A stretch of 56,474 nt of DNA, counting the filler, from Diploschistes diacapsis (taxonomy: Eukaryota): the NCBI GenBank assembly GCA_023645945.1. It is 6 parts of 6 records of this genome, joined end to end, with 100 filler letters (N's around TTAATTAATTAA, not from the genome) between each part and the next. Parts side by side here need not be neighbours in the genome. Positions count along the whole stretch, not along the records: positions 9,441 to 18,779 come from JALAIB010001055.1; positions 18,880 to 28,210 come from JALAIB010001056.1; 4 more parts are not named here. One strand, given 5' to 3'. Shown here piece by piece: positions 12,901 through 23,364 of this stretch (its first letter is position 1; each line of letters begins with the position of its first letter). Made by a program: the position numbers and the translations under genes. The notes under the pieces were generated by a model. That model had not been told where the DNA came from. It worked only from the letters and a program-made list of their open reading frames with translations, and did not search any database.

Positions 12901-14802
12901 TAATGACCTGTCTATTGAAGTGCAAGACACTAGATCCACGCTTCAAAAGACTATTGATGATTTCACTGCAGAAAAGACGTCTCTAGATCAGGTTCGAGAT
13001 GGCCTCAGCGAGGAACTTCAAAATGCCACCGCTAAAGCTTCCGAGCTGCAAGAAATCCTTGACACTTGTAATCAAGACAGTCAAGATAAGGAAAGGCAGC
13101 ATGCGGCCAGTTTTCAGAGAGTCAAAGATGAGCTCAAGAAGGCTACGGAAGAGTTGCAAGAAAAGACAGAAGAAGGCATGTCTCTGCTCAGCAATCACGA
13201 CATTCAGTTAGAATCTCTAAGGAAGGAGCACGCTGAAAAGATTGACCAGCTTGCATCCGATGCCAAGGCACATTCTACTCAGCTAGACTCCTTGAAGGCT
13301 AAGCAAGAAGCTCGTGTGCAAGAAATGCAGGAGCACCATTCGCGCGAACTGAACGATGCCAAGCAAGCGTACGAAAAAGCTGCAGCAGCTTCTCAGAAGG
13401 AAGTTCAAGAACTGCGGCAAAGTCTAGCCAATATGGAAAGTGAACTTCGTATAAGTAATGACAAGAGCGCAGCAGCAACAGCAGCAGAAGATTCACGCGA
13501 TAAGCACGAGGCTGAACTAGAGGAACTTCGTGTGCAGCTTGCCAAGGCCAACTCTGATTATGCCACTGCGCGCAAGGACCTTGAGTCTGCAGGGATAGAG
13601 CAAGGTCAAATAGAATCTCTGAAAGAGCAGCACGCCGCGCAACTTGAAGAGCATGAAAAGTCTTACCAAGAAGCCAAAGTCACTGTGGCCGAGTTCCGTG
13701 CAAAACTGGCGAGTGCAGAGCAAGCACTCGAAGACACGTCACAGCTTGACGCGCTCAAGCAGGAGAACACGAGACTCATTGAAACGTATGAGGCTAAACT
13801 CTCTGAGCTACAGCGAGAAATGGCAGCCGAAGCCGAAAAGCATGAAAAGCAAAGACAAACCGGCGCAGATGTCCGGGACAAGCTAGTGTCGCAACTAGAA
13901 GAGCTTGAACGTTTTCGTAGAGACTACCCTGCTGCTAAAGAAGAAGCGGAGAAGCATCAAGCAGATGTCCACGCTCTTCGAGGAGAGCTCCAAGAGAGCC
14001 AGGCGGAACTAGAAAAAGCGTTATCCGCTCATCGGGAAGAGCGAGCACAAACCGCAGCTGACCTCGAGGAAGTAAAGAATGAGCTTGAAAAGACCAGAAA
14101 GTCATGGAACCGACGTTCGAGGAGTAACTCGGGGCTCCGGGGGGACCTTGAAAAATGGCAACTTGCAACCGAGAACGCACGCAAAGGGAACGCTCAATTG
14201 AAACAGCAGCTAGAAGAGGCCACTGCAAGTATCGAGCGCCATGCATCCCGGATCCGAGAAGTCGAAGCAGCTCTGAAAGCAACCGAGGCAGAAATTGTGG
14301 AGCTCAAAACCAACGCGGCAAAATCAAAAGAGTCGCCTCTGGCAGCAGGACTTGAAGGCAGCCAAGGGGCATCCGAGGGTACGGATAATGTTGCTGGCAG
14401 TGATGACTCGGTCGCGGACCCGGAAGATACGGAGAGAGGTTCTCAAATCGCGGGAGCCGTAGGTATCTCTCGTTCTTTCACTCCTTAACCGTGGTCTGTC
14501 GGACATCAATATTTCTTTATTTAACCGTACCTTTCGGACCATGGGCTAATTCCCGCTATAGATGGCCGGACTTCAGGCCCAGCTCAGAGCTCTCGAGAGC
14601 ATTAACGAGGACATGATAGGCGACCATCAGAGGTGAAGGAATATGGATTGTCCCATTATTTGGCCAAGGTTAACAAATCAGCAGGATGGTTAACATACTC
14701 ACTCGTCCGCTCAGCTCCCACTCAAGCAAGAATCTGACCCCACGCTCGTCGAAGTCCAACCTTTCACCTTTTGCGGCCGCGTTCAAGCCTGCAGCTACTT
14801 GA
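9902..14802 (+). CDS. Large coiled-coil protein with basic Ser/Thr/Pro-rich N-terminus (about 1580 aa); exons 9902-14458, 14562-14632, about 14685-14802
   Basis: 1528-codon ORF, E/K/Q/A-rich and heptad-like. Introns GTAGGT...CTAAT...TAG (14459-14561) and GTGAAG...TTAAC...CAG (14633-14684) extend it with MAGLQAQLRALESINEDMIGDHQR...AAT*. Confidence 0.8.
11795..12370 (+). repeat. Six tandem 32-aa (96-bp) degenerate repeats inside the coiled-coil protein
   Basis: Units begin EHEEL / QHKQI / QHAEA / QQAEV / QQAEA / QQERA. QRIQQLEADASFS recurs 64 aa apart, as does EASVQ(K/R)VKELE. Confidence 0.8.
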
Positions 14803-15198
14803 TGAAGACTAATGGGTCGATGGAAGCTGTTTGATGGGTACGAACTGTTTATGATATGTTTTGTCGTTAACGAATACCCCTTATGCTTGTATTTCCTATA
14901 CTTTCACCACCGAGCACAAAACTGCATGTCTGGTTGCTAGCAGAAGGTGCATACGGCGCAAATCTGCAAATCATCTGCCGTCCAGAGTAAAAAGCTTTGC
15001 TGTAGTCGATTATAACCATTCAATTCAAGTCTTCATAAATACATTGCAATCATGCATGCCCTTCTTGTGAGCCTAATGGGCTGTACAAACTGACTCTCCT
15101 CGTCTGACGACCTCCAACTTTCCTCAACTGACACGTCTTATCTAGTGTACCACCCACCAACTACCTGCCCACACTTGCCCACCGCGTATGTAGTCCTC

Positions 15199-15369
15199 TC
15201 ACATGACCGTGCACGGAATGCAGCAGCACTGATACCCGTCGCAGTCCAAGCACTTCATCTTGCCCGGCTCGACGCCCGCGGGCTTACCGGACGTGATGGA
15301 GGAGCTCGAGGACGACGTGCCAATTGGGAGCACGGCGTTGGCGGGGGCCTGCTTGCTGGAGAAGGCCAT
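15199..15369 (-). CDS. 56-aa Cys-rich small protein ending in a CaaX box (CTVM)
   Basis: MAFSSKQAPANAVLPIGTSSSSSSITSGKPAGVEPGKMKCLDCDGYQCCCIPCTVM*, with GC-rich codons. The upstream in-frame extension overlaps a likely 5'-UTR intron (GTAAGT at 15585 ... GCTGAC ... CAG at 15425). Confidence 0.65.
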   Translation of the reverse strand: MAFSSKQAPANAVLPIGTSSSSSSITSGKPAGVEPGKMKCLDCDGYQCCCIPCTVM

Positions 15370-15855
15370 GGCGGATGAATTCGGCGGATAGAGGGGGGTT
15401 TGGATAGATGGGTGATAGGGCGGCCTGGTGGGGTTTGATGTCAGCTTCATCTTCTTTTCTTCTTCTTCGTGGTGGTCCATGGTATGAGGAGATAAAGTAG
15501 GGTTGGGGAGTTTGGTGTACACATGGAGGAACTTTTTCGGGGTTTGAAGACAGGTTTTTGCTCGGTGGATGGGTGGTGGACTTACTTTTTGGGGAGGATG
15601 TGGGCTAAGTGGGAGAGCGAGTGGGAGAGGGAGATGGAGAAGCTGGTGCTCTCTTTGGTGCTCTCTCTGGTTTTTCAAGGATGGATGTCTTTATGGGGCA
15701 ATAGGTATGGGGGAGTGAGAAGTTCTGGTTGAAGGAGGTTGGTAAAGGCTTCTTATACTCAAGTGCCTAATACGTATGTATGGAAGTGACGGTGACGTAG
15801 GGGCTACATATTAATGTCGCAAGCTCAGGTTTTACTGTACGAGTTAGTGGTGTGG

Positions 15856-15874
15856 AGATAAGATAAGATAAGAT
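15856..15874 (+). promoter_or_regulatory. Tandem AGATAA (GATA-factor-like) motifs in a divergent promoter
   Basis: AGATAAGATAAGATAAGAT lies between the CaaX gene and the MFS gene. It could simply be a microsatellite. Confidence 0.3.
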
Positions 15875-16091
15875 TGGGTCAGGTAAACAAAACTGCCCGC
15901 TCTGGACCCCTCATTGCTTTAATGAGAAATCATTTATTAGGACTCAGTCAAACGGTGAACGTCTCTCATCTTATGAGTCATAGGGACAGCATGGATTTCC
16001 TTTAATATATATAATATGAGAGTCCACTGCCCATAGTTCTCGTCTTCTGTTGTTATCTCTCTACCTCCCAGTGCAAAAAATCGGTAAAGCC

Positions 16092-17759
16092 ATGTCATTC
16101 CCACCGACAGCATCTGCATCCGAAGATGAAAGAAGACCTCTACTGCAAGACCCAAAATTGAATGGGAATGGAACGATTGAGCGAGCCCCAGAGCACAATG
16201 AGGAAGCTATAACCGACGTTGATGGGACACCTCTTGCAAAAGAGCCGTCGACATGGGAATGCCTCAAGGTCATGTTTGCTGTTTGGCTGGGAACATTCCT
16301 TGCAGCACTTGACTCAACGATAGTCGCCACGCTCACAGCACCCATTTCTGCATCGTTTAATTCTTTGTCACTGCTATCATGGATAGCTTCTGGCTATCTA
16401 ATCGCCAATGCCGCCTTCCAGCCCATCTCAGGCAAGCTAACGGACATATACGGCCGCCGAGCCGGGCTCATAGTGTCCAATATCCTATTTTGCGCAGGGA
16501 ACGTCATCTGTGCTTCAGCACAACAGGACTGGGTCATGATATTAGGGAGAGTAGTTGCTGGAGCGGGAGGAGGCTGCCTGAACACCATCTCGACTTTTGT
16601 TGGGTCGGATCTGATTCCCTTGAGGAGGAGAGGAGTCTGGCAAGGCCTAGGCAATATCAACTATGGATTGGGCATGGCACTGGGTGGCGTTTTTGGAGGG
16701 GTGGTTAACGATTCGTTGGGGTGGCGGTGGGCGTTCTGGATTCAAGTTCCCCTGACCATGTTTTCGACCCTCCTGGTGTTTTTCACGGTCAAGATACCTG
16801 TGAAGGAGACGGATGGCTCAAAGGTTCGACGGATCGACTTCCTAGGCTCGATCTCGCTGGTTACTTCCCTCGTACTGCTTCTACTTGGCTTGAATTCTGG
16901 CGGCAACGTCGTGCCTTGGAACCATCCTCTTGTGTACGTCAGCCTACCGGCCTCAGTCATCATGCTGACCCTCTTCGTCTATATCGAAACCCGAGTCGCG
17001 GAAGAGCCCATCATTCCCATAAGCCAAATGAAGCACAGAACTGTGCTGTCCGCATGCTTCACTAACTGGTTCTGTGCTATGGCTATGTTTACTCTAATCT
17101 TCTACGCACCCATCTACTTCCAGGTCCAAGGCTTAACACCGACGCAGGCAGGCGAGAGGCTGATACCCTTCTCCGTGGGAATCGCAATAGGATCACTCGG
17201 GACTGGGATAATTATGCGCTCCTTTGGCAAGTACTACTGGCTCAGCGTGGTTATAATGACGGTCAACTTTGCATCGTACTGCGTTACGAGTCTCTTCGAA
17301 CTCGACACTCCGACTTGGATTCCGCTCATATCATTCTTTGGTAATGGCCTCTGCCAAGCCGGCATGCTGACAGTCACACTCATCGCCCTCATATCCGCCG
17401 TTGACCACAAATACCAAGCCGTGATAACGTCAGCTTCGTACGCTTTCCGAAGCACAGGCAGTACTATAGGTATTACTATCGCCTCGGCCGTCTTCCAGAA
17501 TCTCCTCAAGTCGGAGCTATGGGAGCAACTTGGGGACAGAAAGAATGCCGCACAAATAATCTCGGAGATCCGGAATAACCTCGACTATGTCAAGAGCCTC
17601 CCTCCGGACTGGAAAGGCCCGGTTCTGGATATATACATGGATGCCTTGAGGGGCGTCTTCCTTACCACGACAGGCTTATCGCTGTTGGCATTGGTTGTGA
17701 GCTTGTTCATGAAGGAGCACAAGCTATATAGTAGTTTGGCGAGACGAAATTCCTCATGA
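16092..17759 (+). CDS. MFS transporter, DHA2/14-TM type (Vba-like vacuolar basic amino acid/drug transporter)
   Basis: Intronless ORF. Motifs FLAALDSTIVAT, GKLTDIYGRR, GRVVAGAGGG, LGWRWAFWIQVP. N-terminal acidic dileucine-like EDERRPLL. Confidence 0.9.
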   Translation: MSFPPTASASEDERRPLLQDPKLNGNGTIERAPEHNEEAITDVDGTPLAKEPSTWECLKVMFAVWLGTFLAALDSTIVATLTAPISASFNSLSLLSWIASGYLIANAAFQPISGKLTDIYGRRAGLIVSNILFCAGNVICASAQQDWVMILGRVVAGAGGGCLNTISTFVGSDLIPLRRRGVWQGLGNINYGLGMALGGVFGGVVNDSLGWRWAFWIQVPLTMFSTLLVFFTVKIPVKETDGSKVRRIDFLGSISLVTSLVLLLLGLNSGGNVVPWNHPLVYVSLPASVIMLTLFVYIETRVAEEPIIPISQMKHRTVLSACFTNWFCAMAMFTLIFYAPIYFQVQGLTPTQAGERLIPFSVGIAIGSLGTGIIMRSFGKYYWLSVVIMTVNFASYCVTSLFELDTPTWIPLISFFGNGLCQAGMLTVTLIALISAVDHKYQAVITSASYAFRSTGSTIGITIASAVFQNLLKSELWEQLGDRKNAAQIISEIRNNLDYVKSLPPDWKGPVLDIYMDALRGVFLTTTGLSLLALVVSLFMKEHKLYSSLARRNSS

Positions 17760-17859
17760 ATTATGAAACCGCTCAGAGGTTGTATATGGAAAGGCATCGC
17801 TTACAACATAGAATAGTAAATATCAAAACCGAGTAAAATGCAGGTATTCACCAGCAAAC

Positions 17860-18739
17860 TCACGACCCACTCCTCTCCTCACTCCTATCCCTCAACGGCA
17901 CCCTATCCGCCCCACCCCGCTCCCTGCTCTCCGTAGGTGTGTATGAAACGCTGACCTCCTCCTCATCCCTCAGCTTCCCGTACCCGGTCCTCAATTTCTC
18001 GTCCTGCTCCGAATGCGGCTCGTCACAGCTCAACGAACGCAGAGACGGATAGTACTTCCTGTACACAAAATGCGCCACCAGCAGCCCCAGCAGCGACCCG
18101 ACCGTGACGTCGTAGACATCATGCCTGTAGTCCTCGCACCGCGAAATAGCAATCATTATCGCGCCCACCAAGGGCGCCATGGCGAGCATGGCCCGCGCCA
18201 AATCGACCCGCGGCCGGAACACGTGCAGCTGGCCCGCCACGTAACTGTGCCGCCCCGTCCCGCATCCAGCGTCAGCAACTTTACACATACGATGATCGTC
18301 GTCGTCGTCGTCGTTGTAACCACCACAAGGCCCCCCCGGAAACGTCCCTGAAGCCCCCAAAAATTCGAAAAAAACATAATAGAAAGGGGGCCGACTTACA
18401 GCGCCAGATAGCCCAGCCCCGCAAACGCAAAACTGCTGTGCCCGGACGGAAAGCTCCGCCAGCCGTCGTGCAGCAAGTGGTGGTCCGTCTCCGTGCAGAC
18501 CTCGACCCCGACGAGCCTGTTCCGCGGCGTGCCGCCCGCGGGCTTGCACCTGGCCAGCAAATCGGGCCGCGGGCGGCCGACGGCGTTCTTGAAGGCGTCG
18601 GTCAGGAAGGAGGTGAGGAGGAGGCCGAGGAGGAGGCCGAGGACGGTGGCGTGCATCTTCTGCGATGAGGGGCGGGAGAGGGCGAAGGAGAGGAGGAGGC
18701 CGAGAAGTGGGAGGAGGAGGGCGTAGAGGAAGAGGAAGG
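17860..18739 (-). CDS. PAP2-family lipid phosphate phosphatase (DPP1/LPP1-like), 5'-truncated by gap; exons 18739-18400 and 18244-17860
   Basis: Motifs KNAVGRPRPD, SFPSGHSS, SRCEDYRHDVYDV. Intron 18399-18245 (GTAAGT...GCTGAC...CAG). Confidence 0.9.
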
Positions 18740-18779
18740 CTGGATTGGGGGGCGGCCGAGGTCAGTTTTGGAGATTGAG

Positions 18780-18879
18780 NNNNNNNNNNNNNNNNNNNNN
18801 NNNNNNNNNNNNNNNNNNNNNNNTTAATTAATTAANNNNNNNNNNNNNNNNNNNNNNNNNNNNNNNNNNNNNNNNNNNN
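18780..18879. other. Artificial contig spacer
   Basis: N44-TTAATTAATTAA-N44. Confidence 0.98.
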
Positions 18880-19992
18880 TGCCACGCCAACCCCCTTTCC
18901 TCCTCCCCACCTCGGGACCTGACAATCCTCATCTCCACCAAATCCGGCACCGGCCAATCCCCTTCCTTCTTCATCTCCATCCTCCAACCCCTCCTCTCCC
19001 TCCTCGGTCTGGCCCCAGAATCCTACACGCTCCACTCCACATCATCGGAGCGCTGGATCTCCGACTTCGCCGTCTCCACCCTCTGCGCCCGTGCAAACGC
19101 TGGGATCCCACAGACCATCATCCTCCTGTCCGGCGACGGCGGCGTCAGCGACATCGTCAACGGCCTCTTCAGCCAGCCCCAGAGCGAGCGCTACGTGAAG
19201 CCCACCATGGCGCTGCTGGTCCTGGGCACGGGCAACGCGCTCGCCAACTCCTCGGGCCTGAACCGGGGCGCTGCGAAGGGCTTGCCGGCCCTGCTGCGGG
19301 GCAGAGCGAGGAGGGTGCCGACGTTCGTGTGCAGGTGCGCGCCGGGCAGCGTGCTGCTCGTGGACGAGGGCCGGGGCACGGAGGAGTTGACGGTCGACGA
19401 CTCGGGGCGCGGGATCGTGCATGGCGCTGTGGTGGCGAGCTGGTGTCTTCACGCGAGCCTGGTGGCCGACTCGGATACGGCCGCGTATCGGAAGCACGGG
19501 GCTGCGAGGTTCAGCATGGCGGCGAACGAGCTGTTGGCTCCGGCGGATGGGAGCGCCTCGCACGTTTATAGGGGGAGGATCACGACGTGGCAGAGGGATG
19601 GAAAGGGGGAGGTGGCGAGGAAGGTGTGGGAGCGGGAGGGGCATATGTATGTGTTGGCTACGCTGGTGTCGAATCTGGAGGCTGCGATGAAGGTTTCGCC
19701 GGAGTCGAGGCCGCTGGATGGACAGCTGAGGTTGGTGGGGTTCGAGGCGCTGCCGAGCGAGAAGGTGAAGGAGATCTTTGGTATGGCGTTCGATGGGGGA
19801 AGGCATGTGGAGCACCCGGAGGTGGACTACGAGCAGATCAAGGGTCTGAGGATTGACTTTTTAGAGAGTGATCCGAGGTGGCGGAGGGTTTGTGTTGATG
19901 GGAAGATTGTGAGGGTGCCGGAGAATGGATGGGTGGAGATCTGGAGGGAGCAGAAGGATGTTGTTGATCTCGTTGTTGATCATCAGATATAG
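18880..19992 (+). CDS. Diacylglycerol/sphingosine kinase-like catalytic domain protein, 5'-truncated
   Basis: Open frame from the contig edge with ILISTKSGTG, ILLSGDGGVSDIVNG, LGTGNALANS, WCLHASLVADSD, RRVCVDG. Confidence 0.85.
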   Translation, partial: CHANPLSSSPPRDLTILISTKSGTGQSPSFFISILQPLLSLLGLAPESYTLHSTSSERWISDFAVSTLCARANAGIPQTIILLSGDGGVSDIVNGLFSQPQSERYVKPTMALLVLGTGNALANSSGLNRGAAKGLPALLRGRARRVPTFVCRCAPGSVLLVDEGRGTEELTVDDSGRGIVHGAVVASWCLHASLVADSDTAAYRKHGAARFSMAANELLAPADGSASHVYRGRITTWQRDGKGEVARKVWEREGHMYVLATLVSNLEAAMKVSPESRPLDGQLRLVGFEALPSEKVKEIFGMAFDGGRHVEHPEVDYEQIKGLRIDFLESDPRWRRVCVDGKIVRVPENGWVEIWREQKDVVDLVVDHQI

Positions 19993-21400
19993 CTGATGAA
20001 TGGTTCATAACGCAAGTTGTTAACGGTTCAGATACAGCGCTCGTTCAGTCGTGACGGATATCGTATGTTGCAATCTTGACAGGTTGACTGCCAGTCCCAG
20101 TTCACTCACGCCCAGTTCAAGCACATTCCTATCAGCATCTATGCGAAATGCTGCCTTCACGCTGCCATGCCAGTTTGCGAAGGAACTAATATGTCAGCAT
20201 ACACGATAACATGTTCACCAGCGATATATGCTCCTGGTCAACATTGTAGTCTTTGTAATGGCAAATCGGCGTGCAGCACCAGCTTAGTAGAACCAGCCAC
20301 AGGCAGTCATCTCGAAGGCTTGAAACTACCGGTAGCCAGGGTGTTTATCAATTCCCAGCACAAGAACCAGGTGGTAAGGGCATAGCCATGTTATGGTCCA
20401 TCAACTGAGCCAAAATAACATCCACTGTTAATATCAGACAACAAAGGCAACGCGTTGAGAGCTCCTTAGACCCTCCCCATTACGGGTGTTTCATGTAGAT
20501 TTTGTATCTGGGAGGTTTGTCCTCGAAATAAGTGGTCGCCATCAGTACAGCTACCTATCCCCATGCCTAGCGCTTAATCCCATTCCCACTTTTTGTGAGC
20601 ATTACGAACTGTTACCGGCGCCGCTGATTCCTTAGCAACCAGGTGATATTAAGAATAACTTGCATACTAGACACCTTGTTCCACCGCTCTATCCCATACC
20701 AGAGCTTCGGGGGATGCTTCAGATCAATCAAGGACAGAATAGGTCTGAGTGCATCTCCCGCGCTCTCTCTTGTGGGCCCAAAAGGGCCGGAAACAAACGC
20801 TCAGAAGGAGCGGAACAACCATAACCGCTGCAGGAATGCTTATAATGCCTGAGTATCATTTTAGGTAGGGTTTGCTTTGGTAATCCTCATATCCAAGGGA
20901 GAAGTGTTTGCAAAGCAATGAATAATTCGGTGAGACAAATAAGCAAGATTATTCTTCATGGTCTCTTCAATCAGCAAAGAAGAGAGCCTGATCAACTGTC
21001 AAGATATTATTGGATAATTCGCTTAGCTAGGATCTCTGCTTATAAAGGGCCTCGCTTTCTATTTACGGTTTGGACTCTTCCGCATCAAAGGCTTTCGCGA
21101 CAATATGATATTCTTGAATAAGATAGGCTATTGCATCCGACGAGGATTTCGTCTATTGCAGCACATGCGCCCACAACATCATCCAAGTTGCGTCTTCGGC
21201 CCAAGGAACGAGAGGCAGCTCTAAAATCGAATCTCTCGCGAACACGACATTGAGAACGAAGCAGTAGAAATCGCTATGGCGTTGCTATTGCTTGGACGAG
21301 CACCTTCTGAGGGGAACCTCACCGCTCTATAGTCATCTGCGTCGAATGGATCAACTGTATCCTCCTGGACAGTAAGAGCTGGAATGCCTCCCCAAGACCG

Positions 21401-21831
21401 TTAAGCGATAGTCTGAGCCTCGTCTCGGGAGGCTATGGGCTCGCTACCCTTTCCATCACCTTGGACTTCAATATCTGCCTCCGCCGACCAGATGGAAGGT
21501 GTATCCTTGCCGCGGGAGGCCAGGGGATTAGTGCCTACTGTATCTGTTTTGGCTGAAGCACCTGGCCACCACATGAGAGGTGTATCCTCGCCGCGGGAGG
21601 CCAGGGGATTAGTGCCTACTGTATCTGTTTTGGCTGAAGTACCTGGCCACCACATGAAAGGTGTATCCTCGCCGCGGGAGGCCAGTGGAGAGCTTTGTGG
21701 GCCATCCGGTTCTAGAACAACGGTCAGAACGATATCAAGAATGAGAAGCAGTCGTGCCTACTATTGGATAGAGGAAGACTTTGGGCCAAGGCGCACAAAG
21801 TGCTCCCGAGAAGCATCAAGGACAACTTCAT
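21401..21831 (-). CDS. Putative RiPP (dikaritin-type) precursor peptide, 126 aa, signal peptide plus repeated cores; exons 21831-21762 and 21711-21401
   Basis: Spliced translation (50-nt intron GTAGGC...CTGAC...TAG, 21761-21712): MKLSLMLLGSTLCALAQSLPLSNKPDGPQSSPLASRGEDTPFMWWPGTSAKTDTVGTNPLASRGEDTPLMWWPGASAKTDTVGTNPLASRGKDTPSIWSAEADIEVQGDGKGSEPIASRDEAQTIA*. Lies about 1.5 kb from a DUF3328 gene. Confidence 0.8.
21498..21685. repeat. 81-bp tandem repeat (about 2.3 copies) encoding the 27-aa precursor unit
   Basis: GGTGTATCC recurs at 21498, 21579 and 21660; the units are nearly identical. Confidence 0.95.
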
Positions 21832-22470
21832 CTTTGCGGAAGAGGGCTTGAGAGATTTTTGAAGTCGTTCAATCAGGATGTTTTGAATGGTTTTAAAGAT
21901 CCAAACACGAGATGAAAGAGTTATTGAGTGTTTAAATAACCGTAGACCAGTCTCATTGCCCCTCCCAAGTTGTGTGGAGTTGTCTCAGGCCTCGATCCAG
22001 TGCATGAGGTGCACACTTAATCGTCCAAGAAATAGGGGAATGTCCTTTGATACACCGCTCACGACGACTATTGATGCGAGTAAAAGCTTTAATGCAGCTC
22101 AAGAGAGGTCGATTCTTCTTTCTGATGTTCATGATGCAGAAGAGGGTGCACTGTGAGCGGATATGTTTGCCTACAACACCTGTACGTACAACTCGACATG
22201 CATCTCTATGGGTAAGGCACCAATATACTAATAAAGTTTAGCTCAATGGTGAGCATCACCTGCGTGTTCAACGAACAGGAACAGTTTTACGAGAGTGGTA
22301 GGTCGGAATGATACGAATGTTGCACTGCATCAAGTCGACATGCACAGCCTCAAATCCAGGCTTTCCGTGGGTAACCTGCAATACATGTAGCATTGAGATT
22401 GTCCACATCTGTTATCATCGGCGTAATTCGTTAACCATCGTGCTCAACCTCTGGGGACTCTTGTGCAGTC

Positions 22471-23269
22471 ATGTCCGCCACAATCAACATCGTCCCAGCT
22501 ATGGAGGCCGATTTACCCTTGATAGCCAAACTCGCCGTCACGTCCATGTCTGTCCATCTTCTCTTCCGAATCATTTACCCCAGTAATAACCCGCTCGACA
22601 CCACCAAGGCAGAGCACGATGTCCTCAAGGATCTTCAACATCAGGCCAAAAATCCAGCCGCCCGCATTTTCAAGGCTTGTTCCACAGAGAACGGGGCGGA
22701 TATCGTCGGTTATATGATGTTTCGATTCGCGGATGGCCCAATCGATGACGTCATCGCACCTGCATCAGACAAGATAGTCAGCTCAGCGGCCGCTGAAGCC
22801 ACTACGAAGCTTGGTAACGATGGGGGAACGACCAATGTCGCGTTCCTGTCCAAGGTGAGCAGCCTGCTGAAGCCGGCCTACGCAAGGCACATGGGCGGGA
22901 AAGCCCACATCTGTAAGTCCTTCCCAACCCACCTTCTTGAATGGGCCATGTCGAACGAGATCAGCGCTGATGCACCGGCTTGGGACAGACTGGCACCACC
23001 TGTCGGTGTGGCCGCACTGGCAGAGAAAGGGGGTGGGGACTGCGATGATGCGCTGGGCGTTCAATGAGTTCGATCTCGACCACTTGCCCATCTATCTAGC
23101 AACCCAGACTCTCGGAGAGGCAATGTACAAGACTTTGGGGTTTCAAGTTGCCGAAATTTTCGACGTCGATCTTAGGGATTATGCGCCAGGGTATTTGGAG
23201 GGCTACGGACTGCACCGCATCGTTTGCATGCTACGACCCCCTGTCGCCCAATCTGTTATTGAGAACTGA
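22471..23269 (+). CDS. GNAT-family N-acetyltransferase (240 aa); exons 22471-22912 and 22989-23269
   Basis: Intron GTAAGT...GCTGAT...CAG (22913-22988) joins HMGGKAHI-YWHHLSVWPHWQRKGVGTAMM (acetyl-CoA motif A, QxxGxG). Also IYLATQ and MYKTLGF. Confidence 0.88.
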
Positions 23270-23364
23270 ACACCCTTTTTAGATCTTGCACCTATGGTGG
23301 GACTCATATTTGCTTGAAGAGTATACTGAAACATTCATGAGATGTTTAAGAAATAAATTGAATT

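Noticed and set aside
15370..15678. 159-aa long form of the CaaX ORF
   Set aside because: It has a non-ATG start, and the extension overlaps a canonical intron and a pyrimidine-rich UTR-like tract.
16092..19992. MFS transporter and PAP2 as RiPP cluster members, or PAP2 + DAG kinase as a lipid gene pair
   Set aside because: They are separated by an artificial spacer (18780-18879) and lie on different contigs.
20860..20960. Minus-strand 'HRIIHCF' as a second DUF3328 remnant
   Set aside because: It is not a true HxxHC, has no flanking DYLRQ or CxxD context, and lies in a very short ORF.
21498..21685. 81-bp repeats as a CRISPR array or non-coding minisatellite
   Set aside because: There are no unique spacers, the context is eukaryotic, and the period is a multiple of 3 encoding a coherent peptide repeat on the minus strand.
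21435..21851. 138-aa plus-strand ORF over the repeats
   Set aside because: It is the antisense shadow of the precursor, which has a signal peptide and canonical intron on the minus strand.
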